DNA of 46,869 nt from Phocaeicola sp. (GCF_048170425.1 NZ_DBEXBB010000129.1:1-46869), one strand, 5' to 3'; numbered from the stretch's first letter, positions 8,636 to 18,767 are shown. Notes: generated by a model from the letters alone, not told the origin. Numbers and translations are program-made.

Positions 8636-10249
8636 ATGAAAAAGAAATATATGTATGCGATGGCCTGTTCATTGATGTGCAGTGCGCAGGCCATGGCGCA
8701 GAATGCGTATGATGCAGTTCGCTATGCTGGTGACGAGTTAAACGGTACGGCCCGGTTTGTGGGTATGGGAGGAGCCATGGGAGCTTTGGGAGCGGATATT
8801 TCTACCATCGGCACTAACCCTGCAGGTATCGGTTTGTTCAGAGGGCATGATTTGTCTACATCCTTTGGCATGAACAGCACAAAGACTGAAAGTGACTTTG
8901 GTGGGAATAAGATGAATGACAAACGGAACAAGGCTTCGTTTGATCAGATAGGTTTTGTGTATTCCACAAAAATAGGCAACCGTACTACGCTTCGCTACTT
9001 GAATTTTGGATTTAACTATCATAAAAGTCGTAATTTCAATAAATTGTTTGCGGCAGGGGGAATGCTTAACGGTGTTTCGCAAACCCAACAGATGGCTAAT
9101 ATGGTGGGTGGATCTGTTACTTCTATCGGAGCAATAAATGATATTTACAATTATGGTACTGAGGGGTACAGCGGTTTGACTAATCCATATTATAACGTTG
9201 ATTATCCATATCTGGGTATAATGGGTATCCGTACCGGACTGGTCGGAGTAGGTACTTTTGACGACGGGAAAGGAGGAACGTATCAGGCACCCATCGGGTG
9301 GAATGGAAATGCCAGCGGATTCCGTAGTCGGGAAGAAGGAGGCATTAACCAATATGATTTCAATGTGGCATTTAATGTGGAGGACCGGATGTATTTTGGT
9401 ATTACTTTAGGTGTGAACGATGTGAATTATACACGTAGTACCTATTATACGGAGGACATCTATGATGGCGGACACTCAGGCTTCTATGAATTGCGAAATG
9501 CATATCGTACAGAAGGTGCGGGTCTTAATTTGAAGTTTGGTGCGATTTTCCGTCCGATAGAAGAGTCTCCATTCCGTTTCGGTATTGCCATTCATACGCC
9601 TACCTGGTATTCATTGACGGATACTTATTCTACGGATATTTATTCGGAACTGAATTATAAATATGAAAATGAGGCTGATAACAAACAGTTTAAGGCGAAT
9701 GAAAGAACTATAGATTATGCCGGAGAATCGGTGCAGGACTATCGCTTGGTTACTCCGTGGAAATTCAATGTCAGTGCAGGAACTACTTTGGGAGGTATTA
9801 TGGCCATAGGGGCGGAATATGAATATGCAGACTTCGGTTCTTCTCGTTTGTATTATAATGATGGAGTTCCGATGGAGAATCAGAACCGGTATACCAAATC
9901 TACATTGAAAGGACAACATACATTGCGTGTGGGAATGGAAACTCGTATATCTTCAGCCTTTAGTGTGAGAGCTGGTTACAATTATTCTACATCGGCTTTT
10001 AAGGATGGGGCTTATAAGTCATTGAATGCAAACGATATGCGTACAGATACGGAATATACTAATGATTTGGCCCGTAATACGGTAACTGTAGGTCTGGGTT
10101 ACAGAGGCAAGTGGTTCTACACTGACTTGGCTTATAAATATGATGTATACAAGTCTGATTTTTACGCATTCAGTGATGCGGCTTTGCAAGCTACGAAAGT
10201 AACCAACGAACGTCATCAAGTACTACTTACGCTGGGCGTTCACTTTTAG
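8636..10249 (+). CDS. OmpP1/FadL/TodX-family outer-membrane beta-barrel transporter
   Basis: Signal peptide, GTARFVGMGGAMGALGAD...NPAG N-terminal signature, amphipathic strands, C-terminal Phe. Confidence 0.85.
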   Translation: MKKKYMYAMACSLMCSAQAMAQNAYDAVRYAGDELNGTARFVGMGGAMGALGADISTIGTNPAGIGLFRGHDLSTSFGMNSTKTESDFGGNKMNDKRNKASFDQIGFVYSTKIGNRTTLRYLNFGFNYHKSRNFNKLFAAGGMLNGVSQTQQMANMVGGSVTSIGAINDIYNYGTEGYSGLTNPYYNVDYPYLGIMGIRTGLVGVGTFDDGKGGTYQAPIGWNGNASGFRSREEGGINQYDFNVAFNVEDRMYFGITLGVNDVNYTRSTYYTEDIYDGGHSGFYELRNAYRTEGAGLNLKFGAIFRPIEESPFRFGIAIHTPTWYSLTDTYSTDIYSELNYKYENEADNKQFKANERTIDYAGESVQDYRLVTPWKFNVSAGTTLGGIMAIGAEYEYADFGSSRLYYNDGVPMENQNRYTKSTLKGQHTLRVGMETRISSAFSVRAGYNYSTSAFKDGAYKSLNANDMRTDTEYTNDLARNTVTVGLGYRGKWFYTDLAYKYDVYKSDFYAFSDAALQATKVTNERHQVLLTLGVHF

Positions 10250-10314
10250 AAGTTCATTGTGTTTGTTTTATTTAATATGGGAGTTGCTTTTATTCACTGG
10301 GGCAGCTACCTTTT

Positions 10315-11475
10315 TTATTCTTTCTTTTCACGGTATTCTTTCTTTTTCCAGAAATTGAATCCCATGTAGATACGCAGACTTCCGAAAGAGTTGGTCATGG
10401 AGAAGGAAGGTTTACGGTAATCGTACGTGTGGAGTACGAGAGACGCTCCTACGTAATATTTGCTGTTGTTCCAGGTAATACCTGCACGCGTAATCAGGTC
10501 GAAATTGATGTCTTTTATCCATTGTGCCCAGTCGGTTCCGCTTTGAGTAGGCTGGTCATTGATACGTGCTTTTTTATAGGCTATGGCGGGAAGGAGAGAA
10601 ACATTCAGCAGACAATTCTTAGCGAATACCCAGTTGTAACCGTAGCCAATACTAAGGTTGTAGTCGGTATAGCGTAAGCTGTGAAATTTTAGGGAGGAAC
10701 TGAGTTGCTGTTGCATTTCCTCGGGCAATTGGGTGTGGTCGAAAGAAATGTTATGCTGGGAATAGGAAAATCCGGCCAACAGAGAACCGCAGCTTTTCCG
10801 CTGGTTGGTCGACTGGCTATAGGCTGCAGGATAGGAAAATCGCTTGTGATTGAAAATCCAATAGGCATTCAGTCCTTTGATGTTGCTTTGAAAACCGTTG
10901 AACTGTGTGTTCGTATAGCTTTGGCTCAGGTTAAACTTTTCATAGGAAGACAGCTTGAAGTCGCTGCCCGTTTTCCGGTAATACAAGTCTACGCCAAATT
11001 TGGCACTGTATAAGTTGAATACAATTTCTTTTCGGGGAGCTTTTTCCTTCCCTTTGCCGATAAGGTCTTTGATGTCGAAAGAAAGTCCTAAAAAGATCCA
11101 TCTCCAGCCGAAATAGACTCCTAACTTAGTATTGATGTTTGGGGCAAAATTCAGACTTTGTCCATCGTTGCTGCCCAATCGGTAATGTTCATACCAGGAA
11201 CTTTGTTCCAGCATGAAGGCCAGGTTGTATTTGTTGGGAGAAATGTAGGTGGTATCTATGGTATTCAGTTTGGCACCGGCTTTCTTGATTTCTTTTCCAG
11301 TGAATTTGATGGAACGGACAATGTCGTCGGTCAGACTGCTTAATGACAATCGGGGAGAAGTTACAGGGGCTGGTTCGTTAATTGACACGCTGTCTTTCTT
11401 CTCTACCTGAGCCATGGTGTGTGTCGGATAGAGAAGGAGGATAGACAGTATGGTCAACAAGGAGAGTGGCTTCAC
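10315..11475 (-). CDS. DUF4421-like outer-membrane protein
   Basis: Signal peptide; DTTYISPNKYN, FSYPAAYSQSTNQRKSCGS, YGYNWVFAKN motifs as recalled for this family. Confidence 0.65.
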   Translation of the reverse strand: MKPLSLLTILSILLLYPTHTMAQVEKKDSVSINEPAPVTSPRLSLSSLTDDIVRSIKFTGKEIKKAGAKLNTIDTTYISPNKYNLAFMLEQSSWYEHYRLGSNDGQSLNFAPNINTKLGVYFGWRWIFLGLSFDIKDLIGKGKEKAPRKEIVFNLYSAKFGVDLYYRKTGSDFKLSSYEKFNLSQSYTNTQFNGFQSNIKGLNAYWIFNHKRFSYPAAYSQSTNQRKSCGSLLAGFSYSQHNISFDHTQLPEEMQQQLSSSLKFHSLRYTDYNLSIGYGYNWVFAKNCLLNVSLLPAIAYKKARINDQPTQSGTDWAQWIKDINFDLITRAGITWNNSKYYVGASLVLHTYDYRKPSFSMTNSFGSLRIYMGFNFWKKKEYREKKE

Positions 11476-11490
11476 CCTATCATGTATTGG

Positions 11491-12480
11491 TTAAAGTTTG
11501 TTCAGAATGCGGTCCATTACCCAGTTGGTAGGAGTGGCACTGACACCGTCACAGGTACAGACAGCCTTTCCTTGCAGATGCTCTACTACGGCTTTAATCA
11601 ACGGAAGCTGTACGTGAGGCGGATTAGGAGGCAGGATTTCTTCACGTCCACGCTCCGTATGCAGAGCTATCGGGTCGTAAGTGAAGACGGAGAAGCAAAT
11701 CATCCCTTTGTCTCCGATAATCTCAATACGGTCTTCCTTGGCGGAGTCATGGGCTACGAAGCACCAGGAACCTGATCCCGGCAGACCGGAGTCAAACTTG
11801 AAACAGGCACTGATTGTATCTTCTGCTTCATACAGTCCGCCGCGATTCGATTTGTAACCTTCTGCCTCGAGGATGCATCCGAACATGTCTTGCAATAAAT
11901 CGAGCTGATGGGGAGCAAGGTCGTAGAAATAACCTCCACCTGCAATATCGGGTTGCACACGCCACGGTAGGTTCTTGCTGTTGTAGTCGAGTGCGCGCGG
12001 GGGCTGTGCGAAACGAATCTGCACGTTAATAACGTTACCGATTTCACCTTCTTCCACCAGCTGGCGGACTTTCTGGAAGTAGGGCAGGTAGCGACGGTAA
12101 TAGGCTACGAAGCAAGGTACTCCAGTTTCTTTCGAGATACGGTTGATACGTGCGCAGTCTTCGTAGCTGGCAGCCATCGGCTTCTCGATGTACACCGGCT
12201 TGCCGGCCTTCATCGCCATGATGGCAAATGTGGCATGCGAAGAAGGAGGAGTGGCAATGTAAATGGCATTTACATCTTCGTCTCCAATCAACTCTTGTGC
12301 GTCGGTGTACCATCGGGGTATCTGATGGCGTATGGCGTAGGATTTGGCTTTCTCTTCGTCGCGACTCATGACGGCAACTACCCGTGAGCCTTCTATCATG
12401 TTGAAAGCAGGTCCGCTTTTCTTTTCGGTGACTTCACCGCATCCGATGAATCCCCAGTTTACTTTATCTAGTTTGATCAT
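11491..12480 (-). CDS. Gfo/Idh/MocA-family oxidoreductase
   Basis: WGFIGCG Rossmann start, IYIATPP, KPVYIEKP, GGGYFYDLAPH. Confidence 0.92.
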   Translation of the reverse strand: MIKLDKVNWGFIGCGEVTEKKSGPAFNMIEGSRVVAVMSRDEEKAKSYAIRHQIPRWYTDAQELIGDEDVNAIYIATPPSSHATFAIMAMKAGKPVYIEKPMAASYEDCARINRISKETGVPCFVAYYRRYLPYFQKVRQLVEEGEIGNVINVQIRFAQPPRALDYNSKNLPWRVQPDIAGGGYFYDLAPHQLDLLQDMFGCILEAEGYKSNRGGLYEAEDTISACFKFDSGLPGSGSWCFVAHDSAKEDRIEIIGDKGMICFSVFTYDPIALHTERGREEILPPNPPHVQLPLIKAVVEHLQGKAVCTCDGVSATPTNWVMDRILNKL

Positions 12481-12492
12481 AGATGAGTGGTT

Positions 12493-13311
12493 TTAATGAA
12501 AATATTTTTTATATAATTTCTGATAGTCTTCGCTTTTCATGTATTCATCGAGCCATTGGTTCAGGCTGTCGAGCAGGATGGGAGAATGTTTGGCTATTCC
12601 CCATGCGTAGAATTGGGTGAAACTGATGTCTGTATCAATATCCAGGTTAGGATACAGATGTATATTGGCCTTGGCAATATTCTCGTCGCACACGGCATAG
12701 TCAATGTCACCTCCGGAAACCATGGCCATGAGTTGTTCAGGCCCGTATTGTTCTATTTCCTGAATGTAGATGGTGTCAGCTATCTCGCTGATGAGGTTGT
12801 GCAGGCGCAACAGGGCAGGAGAGCCTTTGACTACATGCAGGGTTTTGTGTCCTAACTCCAGTTGGTTGTGTATGTACAGACTATCTTTTCCTTCTTCCGG
12901 TTTGCGCTGTACCAGTACCTGCTTGCTGAGCAGCAGAGTGTGGCTGAAAAGAAGGGAGTCTTTGGAGCGGGTAGTTACGGTTGTTTCCGTAGCAATCAGG
13001 TCGTATTTTCCTTTGTTGAGGCCTTTCAACCGTTCCTCAAAACTCATTTCCGGAGTGACTTCCAGCCGTAAGTTCTTGGCCTGTGCGAAGGCATTCAGCA
13101 GTTCGTAGTCAAAGCCGGACAAGCTGTCCTTGTCGGCATGATAGCTGATGGTGTTGTATTCTGTTACCGCACGGAGGATACCTGACTCGATGATTTCCGG
13201 ATAATCGCGCGGTGTGAACTTCGGTTCTTCTTCATGGTGTGAACAGAGTCGAAGCATGGCGAGAAGAATAATCAATCCGCCTATCAGGTATAGAATCTTG
13301 TTTCTCTTCAT
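12493..13311 (-). CDS. Membrane-anchored type II periplasmic substrate-binding domain protein (MltF N-domain-like)
   Basis: N-terminal TM, GILRAVT, GFDYELLNAFA, GDIDYAV; no SLT domain seen; start set at MKRNK. Confidence 0.8.
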   Translation of the reverse strand: MKRNKILYLIGGLIILLAMLRLCSHHEEEPKFTPRDYPEIIESGILRAVTEYNTISYHADKDSLSGFDYELLNAFAQAKNLRLEVTPEMSFEERLKGLNKGKYDLIATETTVTTRSKDSLLFSHTLLLSKQVLVQRKPEEGKDSLYIHNQLELGHKTLHVVKGSPALLRLHNLISEIADTIYIQEIEQYGPEQLMAMVSGGDIDYAVCDENIAKANIHLYPNLDIDTDISFTQFYAWGIAKHSPILLDSLNQWLDEYMKSEDYQKLYKKYFH

Positions 13312-13321
13312 AGGCAGAGAA

Positions 13322-15409
13322 TTAATCAAAGAAGTTCCATGAGAGTCCTACTTTCAGGATACGTGGATTAAGCGGATAATGCGGCGCCAGGAAGTAGCTC
13401 TTTTCCCCCGTACGTTGCAGCAGGTTGTACATTTGCACGAAGATACGTGTACGCTTTAGGTGCAGGTTGATGTATCCGTTGATGAGTGGATATCCGCCGA
13501 GCTTGTAGCGTGTGTCCGGATTTTGCAGGTAGAACTGTCCGATGGCCGGGGCATAATCGGGTGCGTAATATTGTGTGAAGTAACGCATGTCTGCTCCCAT
13601 TTCAATACTTAATACCTTCTTGGCCAGTCCGAACCGGATATACAGGTCGTGATAGAGCACAAGTTCCGGCAAGGGAAGGACGGTTTCATTGCTGGTTTTC
13701 TGGTAGGTGATTTCATTGTCCAGATGGAGAATACCTAACTTGAAATCCTGACGCAGACAGGCACTGAACACCTGGATGTTTCCGGAATGTTGGCGTACAG
13801 CCATGTTGTTTTTGTAGCTGACTACATCGTTGGCATTGGTATATTTCACTGAAGTGTTGTCCAGGTACGTATAGTTGGTGATATTTTCCACTCCCGCCTT
13901 CAATTGTGTCCGCCAGCGGTCGATGCTTAGTTTCCCTTCAATGCGTGTACGCATGATTTTGCTCAGGTCATTGTCCCACCAGTAATGTTTGGAGTGGAAA
14001 TGGCGATAGTAGAACGTAGGATTCAGGTTCTTGATATAGGCATTGGCTTCCAGACGTACGGTGTCGTTGAACAGGCGGAAGTTCAGGTCTCCCTGCCCTT
14101 CTACGCTGAACTGTCCGGCATCTTCTCCAATCATGGCTATTTCACCCAACACATTGTAGTGCAGTGTCTTTCCCTGTGACTTGATAAGCTGGCCTCCGAT
14201 GGACAATACATTCTCTTTGTGAGTTGTCGGGATGCGTCGTCCCGGAGTGCCGGTAATGGTATCAGTCAGCGTAAAGTTACGATGCTCAAAGCTGGCAAAA
14301 ACGGTCAGTCCGGCTTTGGCCCATTTGTTGAATCCTTCCCGCAGGGCAATGCCGACGGTGTTCTTGATAGAGAAGTTCTTGGTGATGTCTAGTGAATCCT
14401 TGCCCAAGTAGTTATGTTCAAAGTATTCTTCATTCTGGTCAACGTCATAAGACACGTATTTTCTGCGGTTGATGTCTACGTTGACGGTATGAATAAAGCT
14501 GGTCACCGGCACGAACACTTCTTTGGTAATCGTATCGTTCTCAGTCGTTTCATCGCGATAGAATCCCAAGTTATACCGATGAGTCAGGAAGGCATGATAC
14601 CCGGTATTGTTGTTCCAGATATTCGACAGATTGGTCGGGATAGAATACGTTTCATAGGTCCGGTTTCCTTCGGCCATCTCCAATGGGTTAGTAATGTAGC
14701 GGTCGTCTGTGATACCCCCGTTTTCTGCTACCTTCAGGTTTTCATTGATGAAGCTGAAGTGCATGTCGTACTTGTCGCCCTGGTAGTAGGCAAAGAGATT
14801 TCCGTTGAACAACGCCGTCGACTGACTGTCGTATTTTCCTCGTCCGTAAGTGTAGTCAATGTCGAATCCGAAGCCTAAGCGCTTATTTACATTCACGGCA
14901 AAGTAGGCCTTGAAGCGCTCTTCTCCGTATCGTCCATCTCCTTGCTTGAAGTAGGTCAGGTTAGTGAACGGCGATTTGGTGTTGGTATATACCACGTCAC
15001 TGGGTTTCCGTACGGTAAAGTCATACGGATCGATGAAGAAAAACTGGCTGCTTTCTTTTCGTTCGAAGAATACGTGTGAAATACGTGGTGCTCCTAAGTT
15101 ACCCAAGTAAGTGTAATGTCCTGTAGGGCCTCCCGTGTCATTGGAGTTCTGGAAGCCATGCTGTAGGGTATCGACCGGAACGGGAGTCATTTCTCCAAAA
15201 CGTGTGTCGATTTTCCAGGCATTCAGTCCTACCGGTACGGTGCTGGCATCAATTACTGCGGTCGTATCTATCGGATTTCCGTTTCGGTCATATCTGTTAT
15301 TGTCCATTCCGGTGGCAGACATTCCCTGTCCGTATTGGGAAATGGTGTTTTGTGCCGAAAGGGCAGTACACACCAGTATGAGTAGGGTTGTAAAAAATAG
15401 CTTCTTCAT
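13322..15409 (-). CDS. Putative outer-membrane porin (Bacteroidota 'putative porin' family)
   Basis: Signal peptide MKKLFFTTLL..., YLGNLGAP, ENGGITDD, C-terminal GLSWNFFD. Confidence 0.75.
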   Translation of the reverse strand: MKKLFFTTLLILVCTALSAQNTISQYGQGMSATGMDNNRYDRNGNPIDTTAVIDASTVPVGLNAWKIDTRFGEMTPVPVDTLQHGFQNSNDTGGPTGHYTYLGNLGAPRISHVFFERKESSQFFFIDPYDFTVRKPSDVVYTNTKSPFTNLTYFKQGDGRYGEERFKAYFAVNVNKRLGFGFDIDYTYGRGKYDSQSTALFNGNLFAYYQGDKYDMHFSFINENLKVAENGGITDDRYITNPLEMAEGNRTYETYSIPTNLSNIWNNNTGYHAFLTHRYNLGFYRDETTENDTITKEVFVPVTSFIHTVNVDINRRKYVSYDVDQNEEYFEHNYLGKDSLDITKNFSIKNTVGIALREGFNKWAKAGLTVFASFEHRNFTLTDTITGTPGRRIPTTHKENVLSIGGQLIKSQGKTLHYNVLGEIAMIGEDAGQFSVEGQGDLNFRLFNDTVRLEANAYIKNLNPTFYYRHFHSKHYWWDNDLSKIMRTRIEGKLSIDRWRTQLKAGVENITNYTYLDNTSVKYTNANDVVSYKNNMAVRQHSGNIQVFSACLRQDFKLGILHLDNEITYQKTSNETVLPLPELVLYHDLYIRFGLAKKVLSIEMGADMRYFTQYYAPDYAPAIGQFYLQNPDTRYKLGGYPLINGYINLHLKRTRIFVQMYNLLQRTGEKSYFLAPHYPLNPRILKVGLSWNFFD

Positions 15410-15416
15410 AATGGGG

Positions 15417-15424
15417 CAAAGATA
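15417..15424 (-). promoter_or_regulatory. -7 promoter element TATCTTTG for the porin cluster
   Basis: + strand CAAAGATA; only 7 nt separate it from ATG 15409. Confidence 0.65.
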
Positions 15425-15507
15425 CAATAAAAATGCGAAAACGGGAGATTGTGGCTTTCAAAAAGTAACATTGGAGATTTTAGAAGTGAAACTCAGAAGA
15501 AAGAAGA

Positions 15508-15550
15508 AGGCTGCCAACTGCATTTCTTTCTGTAAATGCACTGGCAGCCT
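15508..15550 (-). terminator. Intrinsic terminator of the 2-oxoacid oxidoreductase operon
   Basis: AGGCTGCCA..TGCATTT/AAATGCA.TGGCAGCCT inverted repeat followed by a T-rich run on the minus strand. Confidence 0.65.
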
Positions 15551-15580
15551 GCAAGATAGAAGCATGCTTCTGGTAAGGAG

Positions 15581-16123
15581 TCAGACTTCTTTGATGATGT
15601 CCATACCGATGCGTATGGCTTCTTCATTCATCGGAATCAGGTGGTGGTGACGTTCGGGCAATGTCTTGCGCAGGGCTTTCACCACACTTTCTATTGATAC
15701 GATGGGACGGATTTTCAGTAATCCTCCCAGTACAATCATGTTGAAGGTCTTGGCCATTTTCCGTTCGTTGGCTTCGTCCATGGCATCAATACGATATACG
15801 TGAATGTCTTTGCGGGTAGGAGGGTTGATGATACCGTATCCGTCGTAAATCAATACTCCGCCCGGTTTTACTTTGCTCTCGAATTTGGCAAGTGAAGGCT
15901 GGTTCAGGATGATGGCAGTGTCATACTTGCTGAGAATCGGGGATGAGATACGTTCGTCACTCACAATGACAGTGACGTTGGCTGTACCTCCGCGCTGTTC
16001 CGGACCATAGGCTGGCATCCAAGTCACCTCCTTGTTTTCCATCAGGCCGGAATATGCCAGGATTTTTCCCATGGAAAGAACTCCCTGACCTCCAAATCCT
16101 GCTATGATAATTTCCTCTTTCAT
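15581..16123 (-). CDS. 2-oxoacid:ferredoxin oxidoreductase gamma subunit
   Basis: IIIAGFGGQG, PAYGPEQRGG, NMIVLG. Confidence 0.93.
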   Translation of the reverse strand: MKEEIIIAGFGGQGVLSMGKILAYSGLMENKEVTWMPAYGPEQRGGTANVTVIVSDERISSPILSKYDTAIILNQPSLAKFESKVKPGGVLIYDGYGIINPPTRKDIHVYRIDAMDEANERKMAKTFNMIVLGGLLKIRPIVSIESVVKALRKTLPERHHHLIPMNEEAIRIGMDIIKEV

Positions 16124-16138
16124 ATAATGTGCAAATAA

Positions 16139-16912
16139 TTATTTATTTTCGGTAGTATCTTTCAGGTCGCCCAGCGGGTAGAAGGGGAACATGTGTTCTT
16201 CCATCCATTTGTTGGCGGCTTCGGGTGTCATTTTCCATCCGGAGTTGCAGGTAGATACGATTTCTACCAGGCTGGAGCCTTTTTTCTGCATGGAGCATTC
16301 GAATGCTTTGCGGATGGCTTTCTTGGCTTTGCGGATGGCGGCAACAGACTGTACGGACTGGCGGGTTACATAGGCTGTTCCTTCCAGGGTAGCAGCAATT
16401 TCGGTCATTTTTAGTGGATAGCCGTGGATTTCCGGAATACGCCCGTATGGGCAGGTAGAAGTTTTCATGCCCATCAGGGTAGTGGGTGCCATCTGTCCAC
16501 CGGTCATGCCATAGATGGCATTGTTGATGAAAATGATGGTGATGTTTTCTCCGCGGTTCAAGGCGTGAATAGTTTCAGCCGTACCGATACAGGCCAGGTC
16601 ACCGTCGCCCTGATAGGTGAATACCAGACGGTCGGGCCATAAACGTTTGATGGCGGTAGCTAAGGCAGGTGCACGTCCGTGTGCGGCTTCCTGGCAGTCT
16701 ATATCCAGGTAATTATACATGAACACGGCGCAGCCTACCGGACTTACTCCGACAGCTTTCTCTGCCATGCCCATTTCGTCGATGACTTCGGCTATCAGTT
16801 TGTGAACTACTCCGTGGCTGCACCCCGGGCAGTAATGCATAGGGTTATCATTCAGCAGGCGAGGCTTCTGATAAACCAGATTTTCAGGTTTGATTATATC
16901 TTCTTTTGTCAT
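16139..16912 (-). CDS. 2-oxoacid:ferredoxin oxidoreductase beta (TPP-binding) subunit
   Basis: HYCPGCSHG, HGRAPA, GDGDLA...NNAIYGMTGGQ TPP motif. Confidence 0.93.
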   Translation of the reverse strand: MTKEDIIKPENLVYQKPRLLNDNPMHYCPGCSHGVVHKLIAEVIDEMGMAEKAVGVSPVGCAVFMYNYLDIDCQEAAHGRAPALATAIKRLWPDRLVFTYQGDGDLACIGTAETIHALNRGENITIIFINNAIYGMTGGQMAPTTLMGMKTSTCPYGRIPEIHGYPLKMTEIAATLEGTAYVTRQSVQSVAAIRKAKKAIRKAFECSMQKKGSSLVEIVSTCNSGWKMTPEAANKWMEEHMFPFYPLGDLKDTTENK

Positions 16913-16930
16913 AATTAGTTCTCCTGTAGT

Positions 16931-17104
16931 TTATCGTAGAAAGAAACGAAACACGAACTCCATCATCTTCAGAAAAAGGGATGCGCCGCATACATAAAAA
17001 AATACGGTCTTGTCTTCGCCTAATGTGAAGTAGAGAATGACGGAAATCAATGCTCCAATCATAAACAGTACGTTTAAGACGGCTCTTATTCTATCGGTAT
17101 CCAT
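16931..17104 (-). CDS. 57-aa two-TM small membrane protein (absent from ORF track)
   Basis: MDTDRIRAVLNVLFMIGALISVILYFTLGEDKTVFFYVCGASLFLKMMEFVFRFFLR*; starts 3 nt after the alpha stop and fills the alpha-beta gap. Confidence 0.8.
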   Translation of the reverse strand: MDTDRIRAVLNVLFMIGALISVILYFTLGEDKTVFFYVCGASLFLKMMEFVFRFFLR

Positions 17105-17107
17105 AGC

Positions 17108-18190
17108 TTATTTCTGAATCAGTTTTTCCTTGATGGCTTCGATTACTTCATCCGGGTCGGGTACGATACCTCCCAGACGTCCGAAATGTTCTACGGGTAC
17201 CTTACATTCTACGGCCAGACGGACATCTTCGACCATTTGTCCGCTGTTCAGTTCCACGGTCAGGATACCTTTCACCTGTTTGGCTCTTTCTTTCAGGGCC
17301 TTGCTCGGGAATGGCCATAGTGTAATCGGACGGAACAGACCTACCTTGATGCCTTCTTCGCGTGCATGCTCCATGGCTTTTTGTGCGATACGTGCACAGG
17401 ATCCGAAAGCTACAATCAGGTATTCGGCATCCTCTGTGTCAAGCTCCTCGTAGCGTGTTTCTTTTTCTTCGATTTCTGCATATTTGGCCTGCAGGTGCAA
17501 GTTGCGCTGCTCCATGATGGCCGGGTCTAGCTCCAGTGAGGTAATGACGTTAGGTTTGCGTCCCTTGCAACCGGTGCTGGCCCATGGGCATTGTGCCAGA
17601 ATTTCCTCTTCTGTACGTCTGGGGCGATATTCTGGGAGCACCACCTTTTCCATCATCTGACCGATTACACCGTCGGCCAGAATTATAGCCGGATTGCGGT
17701 ATTTGAAGGCCAGGTCAAAAGCCAGTCCCACAAAGTCTGCCATTTCTTGTACGGAAGCCGGAGCCAATGCTATCAGGCGGTAGTCGCCGTGACCGCCTCC
17801 TTTAGTAGTCTGGAAATAGTCGGCTTGACTGGGCTGGATGGTTCCTAAGCCCGGACCACCCCGCATGACATTGATTATGAGACAAGGAAGTTCCGCGCCT
17901 GCGATGTAGGAGATACCTTCCTGCTTCAAGCTGACGCCCGGACTGGATGAGGAGGTCATAACCATTTTTCCACTACCGGCGCCTCCGTATACCATATTAA
18001 TTGCTGCCACTTCACTTTCGGCCTGAAGGACTACCATTCCGGTAGTTTCCCAAGGCTTCTGTTCGGCAAGCGTTTCCAATACTTCAGATTGGGGGGTGAT
18101 AGGGTAACCGAAGTAACCGTCCACGCCGATACGGATGGCGGCATGGGCTATGGCCTCGTTACCTTTCATAAGAACAACTTCTTCTGCCAT
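17108..18190 (-). CDS. vorB: 2-oxoacid:ferredoxin oxidoreductase alpha subunit (VorB-like)
   Basis: MKGNEA, FGYPITPQSE, QAESEVAA, TSSSSPG, RGGPGLG; start set at MAEEV. Confidence 0.9.
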   Translation of the reverse strand: MAEEVVLMKGNEAIAHAAIRIGVDGYFGYPITPQSEVLETLAEQKPWETTGMVVLQAESEVAAINMVYGGAGSGKMVMTSSSSPGVSLKQEGISYIAGAELPCLIINVMRGGPGLGTIQPSQADYFQTTKGGGHGDYRLIALAPASVQEMADFVGLAFDLAFKYRNPAIILADGVIGQMMEKVVLPEYRPRRTEEEILAQCPWASTGCKGRKPNVITSLELDPAIMEQRNLHLQAKYAEIEEKETRYEELDTEDAEYLIVAFGSCARIAQKAMEHAREEGIKVGLFRPITLWPFPSKALKERAKQVKGILTVELNSGQMVEDVRLAVECKVPVEHFGRLGGIVPDPDEVIEAIKEKLIQK

Positions 18191-18218
18191 AATTTCTAGA
18201 TTTTGCTTGTTGGGCATT

Positions 18219-18449
18219 TTATTCTTCATTTTTCGCTCTGTACACGGTCAGACAACCGTCCGGGCACACAATGGCGCACGAAGAGCATCCGTTACAGGTG
18301 TCTTCCACTACCTGCTGTACGTAATTATATCCTTTTTGATTTACTTTCGGGGTGAGTGACAACACATGCAACGGGCATGCGACCACACATAGGTTGCATC
18401 CCTTGCAGCGTTCGGTATTTACGATAACCACACCTTTCATTTTAGCCAT
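18219..18449 (-). CDS. 2x[4Fe-4S] ferredoxin / delta subunit
   Basis: CKGCNLCVVACP and CNGCSSCAIVCP. Confidence 0.95.
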   Translation of the reverse strand: MAKMKGVVIVNTERCKGCNLCVVACPLHVLSLTPKVNQKGYNYVQQVVEDTCNGCSSCAIVCPDGCLTVYRAKNEE

Positions 18450-18461
18450 ATTCTATATCTC

Positions 18462-18740
18462 TTATTGATTAAACATATCTTTGTTATAAAAGTTAAGTAT
18501 ATCTATCATCATCTTCCGGGCTTCGGTGGCTGGGCTTTCCGGATCCAGTTCAATGGCTTCCTGATAATTGTTGAGTGCCCCTTGCCAGTCGCCTTTTTTC
18601 CGATAGGCATTCCCCAGAAGATAATACGCCTCTGCCATGGGGGAAGAAGCTGTTTGCAACCAATCATTCAGGCGGGATATAGCGGTGTCTGCATTTCCTT
18701 CATTTATCAGTTGTCTGATGTGATTCAGTTGTTCATTCAT
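18462..18740 (-). CDS. Small tetratricopeptide-repeat protein
   Basis: [35 protein letters not shown] consensus. Confidence 0.9.
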   Translation of the reverse strand: MNEQLNHIRQLINEGNADTAISRLNDWLQTASSPMAEAYYLLGNAYRKKGDWQGALNNYQEAIELDPESPATEARKMMIDILNFYNKDMFNQ

Positions 18741-18767
18741 GGGCTTTTATGTCATATTGTAACCTTA

